The position numbers and the translations under genes were made by a program. From IMG/VR virus record IMGVR_UViG_3300024262_000018, positions 49,960 through 113,959 of that record: a stretch of 64,000 bases of DNA. One strand, given 5' to 3'. This DNA is from a virus. How positions within the stretch are numbered: the stretch's first letter is position 1; each line of letters begins with the position of its first letter. Under the pieces are notes generated by a model. The model saw only the letters and a list, made by a program, of their open reading frames with translations, did no database searches and was not told the origin of the DNA. Shown piece by piece: positions 9,984 to 19,791 of the stretch.

Positions 9984-10370
9984 ATGATATTCACCGTAGG
10001 ATATCACAATATAAGCCGTAAAGATTTAAAAGATAAGGTAAACGAAAAAGATGCCGCTATTATCGATATTCGATATATCCCATTCTCTAGAAATCTTTTC
10101 TGGACACAAGATCAATTGCAGGAAGTCTTTGGGTCGAGGTATTATCATATTAAGCAGCTAGGAAATGTTAATTATAAGATTAAAAATTCATTCAAAATAT
10201 CAGACATAAATGCCGGTCTAGAATCCTTATCTCCAATATTAGAAAAATATAAAAATATCTTTCTATTGTGTGCCTGTAAGGATTTAAAAACTTGTCATCG
10301 CCTCATAATCGCTGAAGAAATAAAAAATAAATTAAACATCGAATACGAAGAATTTGATATGGACTCATGA
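9984..10370 (+). CDS. DUF488 family protein
   Basis: IFTVGY...IDIRYIPFSR...LLCAC...CHR. Confidence 0.75.
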   Translation: MIFTVGYHNISRKDLKDKVNEKDAAIIDIRYIPFSRNLFWTQDQLQEVFGSRYYHIKQLGNVNYKIKNSFKISDINAGLESLSPILEKYKNIFLLCACKDLKTCHRLIIAEEIKNKLNIEYEEFDMDS

Positions 10371-11338
10371 TCCTAAAAAATAACAAATCTATAAGTCAAA
10401 AGATAGACAAGAAACACAGGCGAGATAGGAGTACTCAAAACTCTCTTGTTTTGCCCTCGACTTATCGAAAAAATCCTAATTTTGAATTCATTAAGAATAA
10501 TTTAGTAAATAGCAAATTGTTCTCAGAAATAAGTTACCAAAAGCTACTAACGGCAAAGCATAGACAGACAATTAAAGTTAATGATGTGACTTGCGTTATA
10601 GACGGCATAGATAGCCCGAGTATAGAACTAGAAGATCTGCGAACAGATAAGATTTTTGAAAACGTAAATTTCATTTTTGTTTTGCAGTTCTGTGCAGCTA
10701 AGGCTGAACATTACGCATATCTAAGTAAGAAATCTGGCATCAATATACTCCCATTAATATATGGTACAAGTGGTCGTTTTTCTATAAGACAATTCAATTG
10801 GAGAAAAACTAATCATAAGTATTTGGCCCATTTCGGATTTGGAGTTTCGGTCCAAAAACATAGAAAAAAATGGATAGCAAAAGCTAAACAAAACGGTAAT
10901 TTTCTAGTTAGTTACACTAGCGGAAAGATTTTCGCAGAAGCTCTTAAGGATTGCAAATGGGGAGTTTCTTTAAAGGGCTCTGGAGTCCGACATGATGGCA
11001 AATGTTATAGAGAAGCCGAATTTTTATCATGCGGAATGCCCTTAGCCCTAGACTATCAGCCTAGCTATTCTTTTCCGTTTCTTCCTAATGTTCACTATTT
11101 ATACTTAGATAGCCCGTCAATGCTAGATGACCTAGACAAAATAGATCCAGAACCTTTTGCGAAGCGGTCAAAAGCGCTTTGGAGGAACTATTACTGTCCG
11201 TCAACATTTACTAATTTATTTTTATCTATTCTTTATGATGAAGATTATAGGGCTTCAATACCGAATTTCTGGCCTGGTAGCAAAAAAACAAGATCTACGA
11301 TCAAATTAGAAAAAATAAGGTTTAAGAAAAATGGATAA
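10367..11338 (+). CDS. putative glycosyltransferase (exostosin/CgeB-like C-terminus)
   Basis: CKWGVSLKG...KCYREAEFLSCGMP...PNVHY. Confidence 0.45.
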   Translation: MILKNNKSISQKIDKKHRRDRSTQNSLVLPSTYRKNPNFEFIKNNLVNSKLFSEISYQKLLTAKHRQTIKVNDVTCVIDGIDSPSIELEDLRTDKIFENVNFIFVLQFCAAKAEHYAYLSKKSGINILPLIYGTSGRFSIRQFNWRKTNHKYLAHFGFGVSVQKHRKKWIAKAKQNGNFLVSYTSGKIFAEALKDCKWGVSLKGSGVRHDGKCYREAEFLSCGMPLALDYQPSYSFPFLPNVHYLYLDSPSMLDDLDKIDPEPFAKRSKALWRNYYCPSTFTNLFLSILYDEDYRASIPNFWPGSKKTRSTIKLEKIRFKKNG

Positions 11339-12395
11339 AAAAAACAGTGATATCGGACAAAAACTTATCGCTCTCAACTTTAGACCACCAGAAGATGGAA
11401 ATATAGAATATAATATAAGTAGGACATTCACTAAAGATAAATTTGTTATTATCCAGGTTGCAGATACTGGTAATAAATTTTCAGAGATCTTACTATATAA
11501 AAATATATCTTTAGCGGATATAGCTTCTAAAAATACTTTATCATCATTATATGGAAAAAATTTGATAGCTAGGTTTGTGAATAGCGAAGAAGGATGGTTA
11601 TTGGCTATTCATTGTTGTAATAAACTACCAGAAGACGATAAAGCGAATAATATTTATACAAACGGCATTATGCTGGCTCCAAACGGTGATGTGATGTGTA
11701 GATGCGGAAAAGATCGTATTAAATGGTATCTAAAAAAGGGATTAGCTAAATTAGAAAGTGATGATCCCCCAACTATAAGATTAAACTTTGAGCCAGAAGC
11801 TCATGGAAAGAAAGATGATCCGTACTATTTACAAGAAATAAAAAATCAGTGCGTTATTTGTGGTGCTGTTCAAGACTTATCTAAACATCATGTAATTCCC
11901 TACTGTTTTCGCAAATTCTTTCCAAAAGAAGTAAAAGAAAATAGCTCGCACGATGTCCTCTTACTTTGCAGAGATCATCATAATAAATATGAAAAAGAAG
12001 CTGATAAATTAAAAAAAGAATTAGCAAAAAAGTATAAATGTAATTTCTCCGGCACAATAAAAATTGATTTAAATTTAAAAAAAATAAAAGACGCCGCAAT
12101 CGCGTTACTAAAAAGAGACAACGAGATGTCGGCATCTACAATAAGGAAACTCAAACAAAAAATTAAAAAGCACTATAAAAGACAAAAATTTTCCGCGAAA
12201 GATCTAGAGAGTGCCGCCAAAATAAAGTATAGAATTAAAAGCGAAGATCGTCTTGCCTACGGAGAGCATGTAATTCGTTCTATTGGCTCTCTAGACGATT
12301 TTATGATTATGTGGAGAAAACACTTCGTAGAGTTAATGAGCCCAAAATTCTTACCAGAATATTGGGATATCAATAAAAAAATAACCAGAAACTGA
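11331..12395 (+). CDS. HNH-like nuclease resembling the EXD2 C-terminal domain
   Basis: APNGDVMCRC...WYLKKGLA...NQCVICG...KHHVIPYCFRKFFP...SHDVLLLC..HH..YE...WRKHF. Confidence 0.65.
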   Translation: MDKKNSDIGQKLIALNFRPPEDGNIEYNISRTFTKDKFVIIQVADTGNKFSEILLYKNISLADIASKNTLSSLYGKNLIARFVNSEEGWLLAIHCCNKLPEDDKANNIYTNGIMLAPNGDVMCRCGKDRIKWYLKKGLAKLESDDPPTIRLNFEPEAHGKKDDPYYLQEIKNQCVICGAVQDLSKHHVIPYCFRKFFPKEVKENSSHDVLLLCRDHHNKYEKEADKLKKELAKKYKCNFSGTIKIDLNLKKIKDAAIALLKRDNEMSASTIRKLKQKIKKHYKRQKFSAKDLESAAKIKYRIKSEDRLAYGEHVIRSIGSLDDFMIMWRKHFVELMSPKFLPEYWDINKKITRN

Positions 12396-12413
12396 ATAAA
12401 AAAGGAGAAAACA

Positions 12414-12821
12414 ATGGTTCCATTACGCCGCAAAGAAATTTATCAATCAGATGACGGACGCTATGTCGAGGTCTTTACGAAAATTAATGAAATCGGCGAA
12501 ACAAAAGAGCCAGGAGAAGTCGGTGATAACGAGCAACCCGAGTATTCTCCTGCTGAACAAGTTTTTGTTGGTGTTGCCCACATTCCTGTCGGTCCAACCG
12601 TAAAAGAAATTAAATTTGAGATCCCCGAGGCCACGACAATAGAAGATGCTTTTGATAAGTATCACGATATAGCATACGGTGCTGCTCAAGAATTTATGAA
12701 GATGTTGCAAGAGAATATGTCAAAGCAACAATCAAAAATTGTAACCGCAGACGCCACCGCGTTAGCGGGGATAGATCAACTTTCTAAACAAAATAACGGA
12801 AAGCCAACCATAATCGTTTAA
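12414..12821 (+). CDS. hypothetical protein
   Basis: AAGGAG RBS, 135 aa. Confidence 0.7.
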   Translation: MVPLRRKEIYQSDDGRYVEVFTKINEIGETKEPGEVGDNEQPEYSPAEQVFVGVAHIPVGPTVKEIKFEIPEATTIEDAFDKYHDIAYGAAQEFMKMLQENMSKQQSKIVTADATALAGIDQLSKQNNGKPTIIV

Positions 12822-12835
12822 AAGGAATCCCCAAA

Positions 12836-13183
12836 ATGAAAATAAGAAACGGATTTGTCTCAAATAGTAGTAGCGCAAGCTTTTGTATTGTAAAAAGCGA
12901 CCTAACACCTCTACAGCTTGATATGATCCGTAATGGGGAGAAATACTTAAATATTATGACAGATGCTCGATATCTTGATTTTTATAATAAAGATGATTAT
13001 TGGGATATCTGTGAAGATCTTGAAGAAATCAAGGGGCATACCACAATAGATAATTTTGATATGCGTAGCTATTTAACCTATATCGGCGTTGAAAGTTCTT
13101 ATATCAAATGGTTTGATGTTATAGGCACAAATAGATATGGAGAAGATGCTCTATATAAAAAGGATAATGAAAATGAAGATTAG
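12836..13183 (+). CDS. phage protein with N-terminal KIRNGFVSNSSS motif (copy 1)
   Basis: MKIRNGFVSNSSSASF. Confidence 0.75.
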   Translation: MKIRNGFVSNSSSASFCIVKSDLTPLQLDMIRNGEKYLNIMTDARYLDFYNKDDYWDICEDLEEIKGHTTIDNFDMRSYLTYIGVESSYIKWFDVIGTNRYGEDALYKKDNENED

Positions 13184-13709
13184 GAACGGTTTCGTAAGTA
13201 ATTCCAGTAGTTCTAGTTTTATTATATCTAGGGATGCGTATGATGACATTTTTGAAGTCGCCATAGAAATGATAGGCCAAAGAGAGTGGGCGGGTGACGA
13301 AGAATTGATAAAAAAAATAAAAATGGCTAAAGAATCCGGAGAATATGCTCTTAATGCTCCTTTAGCTTTTGACTCGTGTAATTATAATACTTTTATAATT
13401 CAAGAACATGACATAGAGAGCGGAAAAGAAGTTTATCATATTACCACTTGTCACAACCATCCATTCGAACTTAGGGGCGAAGTTGGCGGTGGAGGCGGTG
13501 AAGATGATGGAGATAATATCTGTGAAAAATATTATTTCTGGTGGCCAGAATATGATATACTAGCCAAGACCGCTACTCCTAAAGAAATAGAGAATGCTAA
13601 AATTTCTAAAGAAAACTACCATTTTTGCGAAAAACATTATTATGATTATCTAATGTTAAGAAATAAAAAAATTATTTGCCCCAAATGCGAGCAGGAGAAG
13701 AAAAAATGA
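13173..13709 (+). CDS. phage protein with KIRNGFVSNSSS motif (copy 2)
   Basis: MKIRNGFVSNSSSSSF; C-terminal CxxH...CxxC. Confidence 0.75.
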   Translation: MKIRNGFVSNSSSSSFIISRDAYDDIFEVAIEMIGQREWAGDEELIKKIKMAKESGEYALNAPLAFDSCNYNTFIIQEHDIESGKEVYHITTCHNHPFELRGEVGGGGGEDDGDNICEKYYFWWPEYDILAKTATPKEIENAKISKENYHFCEKHYYDYLMLRNKKIICPKCEQEKKK

Positions 13710-14101
13710 AAATTAGAAATGGTTTCGTGTCGAACTCAAGCAGTTCAAGCTTTTGCCTCTATGGAGCTTGCCTCGATAAAGGAGAAATGCTTGAAATTAA
13801 ATTTAAAGATACAAAAAATAAAGAAGATTACGACGAGTATGATGACGACGAAGAGTTCGGTGACAATTGGGAAAGGCTAGAAAAAGCCCTCCATGAATTT
13901 AATTTGTCTGGGGAGGGGGACTATGACTGGACGGATATATACATAGGAAGAAGTTGGACTAAAATAAAAGATGAAGAAACTGCCAGACAATTTAAAGATA
14001 ATATAGAAAAAGATATAAAAGCCTTCTTTCACACATATCTACCAAACTCTGAACAAATAATAGAATATGGAACATATGAAGAAGCATGGTATCCTAGTTA
14101 A
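13706..14101 (+). CDS. phage protein with KIRNGFVSNSSS motif (copy 3)
   Basis: MKIRNGFVSNSSSSSF. Confidence 0.75.
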   Translation: MKIRNGFVSNSSSSSFCLYGACLDKGEMLEIKFKDTKNKEDYDEYDDDEEFGDNWERLEKALHEFNLSGEGDYDWTDIYIGRSWTKIKDEETARQFKDNIEKDIKAFFHTYLPNSEQIIEYGTYEEAWYPS

Positions 14102-14122
14102 AAAATATAGGAGAATTTAAAA

Positions 14123-14923
14123 ATGAGTAAAATTGACCTTTTGCTGATTGACCCTCAGGTTTCTTTCTGCGATCCCCAAAAAGGGGAACTTTATGTTAAA
14201 GGAGCAGATAAGGATATGGAACGCTTGGCAACGATGATCAAGCGAGTTAAATCCAAGATTGATGATATCCACGTAACGGTAGACTCTCACCACTATGTAG
14301 ATGTCGCCCATCCTGTCTTTTGGAAAAATAGTGCTGGACAGAATCCAAGCCCATTCACCATCATAACATCGGATGATGTCAGAAATGGGGTTTGGAATCC
14401 AACTAATTTAAGTTGGAGAGCCAGAATGATCAGCTATGTCGAATCTCTAGAGAAGGGCGGAAAGTATCCGCTATGTATCTGGCCTCCTCACTGTATGATA
14501 GGCAGCGAAGGACACAATATATATCCAGTACTGTTCGATGCACTGCTTGAATGGGAAAAAGATTTTGCTATGGTAGATTATGTTACCAAGGGAAGTAATG
14601 TTTTTACAGAGCATTATTCAATTTTTAGAGCAGAAGTTGTAGATCCTTCTGACGCAACAACCCAAATAAATACAAGACTGGTTAACACTCTTATGGAGTC
14701 AGATATCATAGTTATTGCCGGGGAAGCCAGTTCCCACTGTTTAAGAAATTCTGGTCTAGATCTTGTTGATCTATTTAATGATGATTCTTATGTTAGCAAA
14801 ATTATTTTACTAACTGATGCCTGTAGTCCAGTCCCCGGATTTGAACAACAAGAAAAAGATTTTATCAAAGTTATGACAGATAGGGGAATGAAAACATCGA
14901 CAACCACTGAGTTCTTATCTTAA
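14123..14923 (+). CDS. isochorismatase/nicotinamidase (PncA-like) cysteine hydrolase
   Basis: LLLIDPQVSFC, DSHH, WPPHC, KG...EHYS, GEASSHC. Confidence 0.85.
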   Translation: MSKIDLLLIDPQVSFCDPQKGELYVKGADKDMERLATMIKRVKSKIDDIHVTVDSHHYVDVAHPVFWKNSAGQNPSPFTIITSDDVRNGVWNPTNLSWRARMISYVESLEKGGKYPLCIWPPHCMIGSEGHNIYPVLFDALLEWEKDFAMVDYVTKGSNVFTEHYSIFRAEVVDPSDATTQINTRLVNTLMESDIIVIAGEASSHCLRNSGLDLVDLFNDDSYVSKIILLTDACSPVPGFEQQEKDFIKVMTDRGMKTSTTTEFLS

Positions 14924-15654
14924 TTAGGCAATTTAATAGCAGCCCACCCCTGGCAACTTTTTCTATATCCCTTTGCCACACGGCACAAGTTGCTATAGTG
15001 TATGGAGTTATCTCTACAAAATTGTTTTAAATTGTGCACTATAAAAATTTTTCCGACAACAGAAGTAAGTTTCCATAATTGAGATTTGGTATTCGCCATT
15101 TTTGTTATAGTTTCTTTTTTATGTTTTTTACCCTTCCAAGATGGAGGAACTCTTCCAGATCTTTTCATTAACTCAGACATGTTCTTTTTCCATTCTTGTG
15201 TGCGAGGGGGCTTTTTAACTCCAGTGCGTATTCTACTCAATTTATTTTTTGTTTCTTCTGTGTGGCGTTTTCCGGTAAAATTATTTGGATGCGTTTCTAG
15301 CCATTTTCTTCTGCCAATTGAAACCTTTTTCTTTGATTCTTCACTCATTTTTCCACCAAGACCGCCCAAACGGCAATTATACCCATTTTTTATGCTATTT
15401 ATTTTTTTTATATAATAAATTTCTTTTTTATCTAATTCTTCTTGATTTTTACAAATGCAAATAATCTTATATAAAAAATTATTTGATCCGTATTTATTAA
15501 AAGCTCTTTCTAACTTTGGTTGATGCTTAACCCAATTATTTTTATAGCAATTCCATCGATGCTTGTAATTCCAACTTTGTCCGATATAACACTTTCCGCT
15601 CGGGCTTACCAATTTATATATAACTCCGATATCCTTCGACTTATATGACATCAT
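14920..15654 (-). CDS. GIY-YIG homing endonuclease with NUMOD3 repeats
   Basis: GVIY...CYIGQS...NGYN; GKRHTEETKNKLS and GKKHKKETITKM. Confidence 0.9.
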   Translation of the reverse strand: MMSYKSKDIGVIYKLVSPSGKCYIGQSWNYKHRWNCYKNNWVKHQPKLERAFNKYGSNNFLYKIICICKNQEELDKKEIYYIKKINSIKNGYNCRLGGLGGKMSEESKKKVSIGRRKWLETHPNNFTGKRHTEETKNKLSRIRTGVKKPPRTQEWKKNMSELMKRSGRVPPSWKGKKHKKETITKMANTKSQLWKLTSVVGKIFIVHNLKQFCRDNSIHYSNLCRVAKGYRKSCQGWAAIKLPN

Positions 15655-15832
15655 TTTCTCCTCTAAGCATTTTTTCTAATTCTGTTTCGCTGAAAATAAA
15701 CTTATGTGAACTGATCTTATTTCCCTTTAATTTTCCTTCTTGTCTCCATCTGGCTACAGTCCCGATTGCGACATCAAATTTTAATGCAATTTCTTTTGGC
15801 GAATAATATTTTTCATTTCTAATTTCTATCAT
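15641..15832 (-). CDS. MerR/excisionase-type HTH protein
   Basis: YYSPKEIALKFDVAIGTVARWRQEGKL. Confidence 0.8.
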   Translation of the reverse strand: MIEIRNEKYYSPKEIALKFDVAIGTVARWRQEGKLKGNKISSHKFIFSETELEKMLRGENDVI

Positions 15833-15996
15833 TTTCTATCTCCCCGTACATCTCTCTATATTCATCTACCGTGTACCAGCACGTTTTCCTCTTTAAAAAA
15901 AATAAAAAACAAAAAGTGGTAAAAAAATATACTATAAAAGCATATTCAATAATCCATTTCAACGACAACTACGTTTATGAATTAAAGGAGAAATAA

Positions 15997-16749
15997 ATGC
16001 CGAAACTAAATGACCCGTCTTTAGATGCTAAAAACCTTACTGGTTCTCATTATGGATATTCCGCTACTACATTAGAAAATCTAGGAGCGACAGAATATAC
16101 TCTAGCGACGATCCTTGTTGATGTTAGTGGGAGCGTAGGCGGTTTTAAGGGTGAACTAGAGAAGTGTATACAGAGTATTATAGAAGCTTGCAAATCAAGT
16201 CCAAGAGCTAATAATTTACTTGTTAGACTAATCTCTTTTGATGATATCATCGAAGAGATACACGGCTTTAAGATGCTGGACAATTGCAAACCAAATGATT
16301 ATACTGGGATTCTGACTATTCGCGGATCAACTGCATTATTTGATGCGAGTAAAAATGCTATTTTAGCATCGAATGACTATGCCAAAACCTTATACGATAA
16401 TGACTTTTCTGTCAATGGCATTATGTTCATTATTACAGATGGCGGCGATAACGCCTCCACGGCATCGGCTAAAGATGTTGGAAACGCTATTAAACAATGT
16501 GAGTTAGACGAGAAATTAGAGTCATTTATCACGGTTCTGGTTGGCGTTGGAATTAACAAATATTCTACGACATCGGCTTATCTGTCTAATTTTCAAAAAG
16601 ACGCTGGCTTAAGTCAATATGAGCAAATCGACAAGACAGACCCAGATACGTTCGCCAAATTAGCTGGATTCGTATCCAAGAGTATTAGCCTACAATCCAA
16701 ATCTCTTGGAGGATTAAGTTCATCACAACCATGTTTGTTGGATATTTAA
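15997..16749 (+). CDS. vWA domain protein (TerY-like)
   Basis: MIDAS motif DVSGS, GSTALFDA, ITDG. Confidence 0.85.
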   Translation: MPKLNDPSLDAKNLTGSHYGYSATTLENLGATEYTLATILVDVSGSVGGFKGELEKCIQSIIEACKSSPRANNLLVRLISFDDIIEEIHGFKMLDNCKPNDYTGILTIRGSTALFDASKNAILASNDYAKTLYDNDFSVNGIMFIITDGGDNASTASAKDVGNAIKQCELDEKLESFITVLVGVGINKYSTTSAYLSNFQKDAGLSQYEQIDKTDPDTFAKLAGFVSKSISLQSKSLGGLSSSQPCLLDI

Positions 16750-16750
16750 T

Positions 16751-17548
16751 ATGGTAATTGATTTTTATCGAACGACTGGCGATGCCCACCAGTTCTGTGA
16801 AGATTACGTCTGCTCCTCAGATAATGGGATCTTTCTAAGTGACGGGTGCTCATCTGCTAAAAATAGCGAGATAGGCTCAAAGATCTTGGCTCTAACAGCT
16901 AGAAAGTATTTCTATGGATATGATGTTAAGTCTATATATTCCATTGATGATATGTTAAATAGAATAATTATAAATTCTGAAAAAATAATACATGATTTAG
17001 ATGTTGATATAGAAGCTTTATTCGCCACTTTAATAACATTAATAAAGAGAGGCAATACTTTAACACTCAATATAACAGGAGATGGAGGAGCGGCGGTTAT
17101 TAAAAATGACGATACCATCGAGATCTTTGATATAGAATTCTCTGAAAATGCACCAAGATATTTAGCATATCGTTTATCTAGCGAATTTAGAGACAGATAT
17201 AGCGATATAAAATATAATTCTCGCATTTGCAGAAAGATAATCGTACAAGAAGGTAGAGATCCTGTTGTGGAAGTTCTACCGTCATATAACGATGGCGACA
17301 GTAAAACTTTTTGTATAGATACAAAAGACGTTAAAACTTGTGTTATTTTCTCCGATGGCGTAAAGTCTTTTCTTTCCCCATCTGGTAATAATATACCAAT
17401 GCTTGATATAGTTTTAGAATTAGTCAAGTTCAAAAACACAACTCAAGGTTTTGTTCAGCGACGAGTTTCCAGATTCCTACAAGAAAAAACGCAAGACGGA
17501 ATAAGCCACTACGATGATTTATCAGTAGCTGCAATTCATTTAGGATAA
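16751..17548 (+). CDS. PP2C-like protein phosphatase
   Basis: CEDY, LSDGCSS, TGDG, FSDG, DDLS. Confidence 0.85.
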   Translation: MVIDFYRTTGDAHQFCEDYVCSSDNGIFLSDGCSSAKNSEIGSKILALTARKYFYGYDVKSIYSIDDMLNRIIINSEKIIHDLDVDIEALFATLITLIKRGNTLTLNITGDGGAAVIKNDDTIEIFDIEFSENAPRYLAYRLSSEFRDRYSDIKYNSRICRKIIVQEGRDPVVEVLPSYNDGDSKTFCIDTKDVKTCVIFSDGVKSFLSPSGNNIPMLDIVLELVKFKNTTQGFVQRRVSRFLQEKTQDGISHYDDLSVAAIHLG

Positions 17549-17552
17549 TATC

Positions 17553-19262
17553 ATGAATGTCTTTGAAGTAAATGTCGGCAAAGTGACTCTAACTAAAAAC
17601 GACTTCGTAAGAAGTGGTGGACAAGCCGATGTCTATGCCAAAAAAGATAAGGCTTATAAAATATATAGTGACAAAAATTATGTTATCCAGCAAGCTAAAA
17701 TACAAGAACTATCTCTGATATCGAATAGTGACATTATTAAACCATTAAATCTCTTATTAGATAAGCAAGATAATCCTGTTGGATACTCTATGAGATTCAT
17801 TGACAAAAATGTGGTTTTGTGTCAACTTTTTACAAAGATATTTAAAAACCAAAACGGAATTACAGCTCAAAATATTTGCAATTTAATAACAGATATTAAA
17901 AATAAAATACAAGAAGTTCATAATAATAAAATACTCATTGTCGATCTAAATGAAATGAATATCTTAGTACAGCAGTGCAATTTCGAAAAATCTTTTTTAA
18001 TTGATGTAGATAGCTATCAAACTCCTAGTTTTTCAGCAACAGCCCTTATGGAGAATATACGAGATAGACACAATAAAAACTTTAGCGAAAATACCGATTG
18101 GTTTTCCTTCGCCATTTTAAGCTGCTATCTATTAGTCGGCATACACCCGTACAAGGGCAAGCACCCAGATTTTGTTGGAAATTCGTCTAACATTCTTGAT
18201 AAACGAATGAAATTGAACGTGTCTATTTTTAATAAAGATACGACTATACCTATAACATGTGCTCCAATTAAAGATATACCCGGCAGTTATAAATCCTGGT
18301 ACATCGATGTTTTTGAAAATGGAAGAAGGTGCCCGCCACCAGAGATAACGCCTGCCACTATTATCGCCATACCGCAATATGCAGGTATAGATATTAATAC
18401 TAATCTCGTTATAACCAAATTGTTTGAATATAATAGCGAGATATTGAAGTATAAGACTATTAACGGGTATAGGTTCTGCGTAAATAAATCTGGCGGCTTT
18501 ATAAATGATAAAAAAGAAAATAATCTAAAATTACTATCTGAAATCGCCATAACCCCGAAATTCAACAGGACTATAATCGCAATTCTTGAAAACGATAAGT
18601 TGAAATTATATGATGCTTTTTTTGGAAAAGAAATTGAAACGGATATCACTGGCCAAACGATATTGTCATATGACGGAAGACTATATATAAAAAATAATGA
18701 AAGTTTATACGAACTAGAGTTTATGGAATTGCCGACAAAAACACTAGCCGCGATGACATTGGTTGGTAATATTTTAGAAAATGCCACGCAGATTTTTGAT
18801 GGGGTTCTTTTTCAAAACCTATTAGAATCCACTTTCTGTTCCATATTCCCGCAAAAACAAAAACATGTACAACTACAGATAAAAGAGCTAAATGGATACT
18901 CCATTATTAATGCTAAATTCGAAAATGATATTTTAATGATAGTCGGGAGAAAAACAAGTTCTCAAAACTCCCAAACAGATAAGTTTATTATACACATAAA
19001 AGATGAGGAGTATACATATAGAAAAATAGAAAATACGCAAGATTCCGATATAAATTTCGCGGTTCTTGATAATGGTATTTGCTCTAATTACGTTGAAGAA
19101 GGCGAAATAGAATTATTCCACAAAAGTGATATAAATGGAGCAATAAGACGAATTAAAGATAATGCGATTAAAGATGTGAGACTGCACAAAAATGGGACAA
19201 AAGTTCTATTTGTGCAGGATAAAAGGGTATATTTGGTAGAAACTCAGAAAAAAGGAAAATAG
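17553..19262 (+). CDS. Ser/Thr protein kinase-like protein
   Basis: GGQADVY, AYKIY, DLNEMNIL, IDVDS, DWFS, HPYKG. Confidence 0.85.
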   Translation: MNVFEVNVGKVTLTKNDFVRSGGQADVYAKKDKAYKIYSDKNYVIQQAKIQELSLISNSDIIKPLNLLLDKQDNPVGYSMRFIDKNVVLCQLFTKIFKNQNGITAQNICNLITDIKNKIQEVHNNKILIVDLNEMNILVQQCNFEKSFLIDVDSYQTPSFSATALMENIRDRHNKNFSENTDWFSFAILSCYLLVGIHPYKGKHPDFVGNSSNILDKRMKLNVSIFNKDTTIPITCAPIKDIPGSYKSWYIDVFENGRRCPPPEITPATIIAIPQYAGIDINTNLVITKLFEYNSEILKYKTINGYRFCVNKSGGFINDKKENNLKLLSEIAITPKFNRTIIAILENDKLKLYDAFFGKEIETDITGQTILSYDGRLYIKNNESLYELEFMELPTKTLAAMTLVGNILENATQIFDGVLFQNLLESTFCSIFPQKQKHVQLQIKELNGYSIINAKFENDILMIVGRKTSSQNSQTDKFIIHIKDEEYTYRKIENTQDSDINFAVLDNGICSNYVEEGEIELFHKSDINGAIRRIKDNAIKDVRLHKNGTKVLFVQDKRVYLVETQKKGK

Positions 19263-19515
19263 ATATCAAATACCCCAGGCTAAAGCGTCGAATTTTTATG
19301 AAGTTCGACACCATTTGAGATTTTATTAGAAAACCCGTATGAAAGTGGCAGAGAAATAGCGTATTTATATTCTTGAAGGGTATCAAGGAGTATAGATTTT
19401 TGTTCTTGAGTGGGAACGAGTTTTAGTTTTCTACTTATTATCGTGTTCATATATTAAATGTTATAGAAGAAATTCCTTTATTTATTTTAGAAAAATTTTA
19501 CAAAAGAAAGGAGCA

Positions 19516-19791
19516 TTGATTCTTATGAAATTCAAAGCAGAAAAACTAATTGGGTCAGTAGCGATATGTAATCTGGGAAGGATCGGTATTATTCAAAAAG
19601 TCAGATGTCTTAATGACGGATACCTTTGGGAAGGTGTGGGAATATATGATAAAAAGAGATGGAGAAGTAAATGCCCTCTCCCTATTGCCTGGTCTATGGA
19701 AGATTACACTAAACATCAAAAAAGTTGGAAAGAACTACGAACTGATATAAAAAGAGAGGCAATTGAAAATGGCAAAAATAACAAAAGATAA
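19516..19791 (+). CDS. hypothetical protein
   Basis: ORF with AAGGAG RBS. Confidence 0.55.
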   Translation: MILMKFKAEKLIGSVAICNLGRIGIIQKVRCLNDGYLWEGVGIYDKKRWRSKCPLPIAWSMEDYTKHQKSWKELRTDIKREAIENGKNNKR

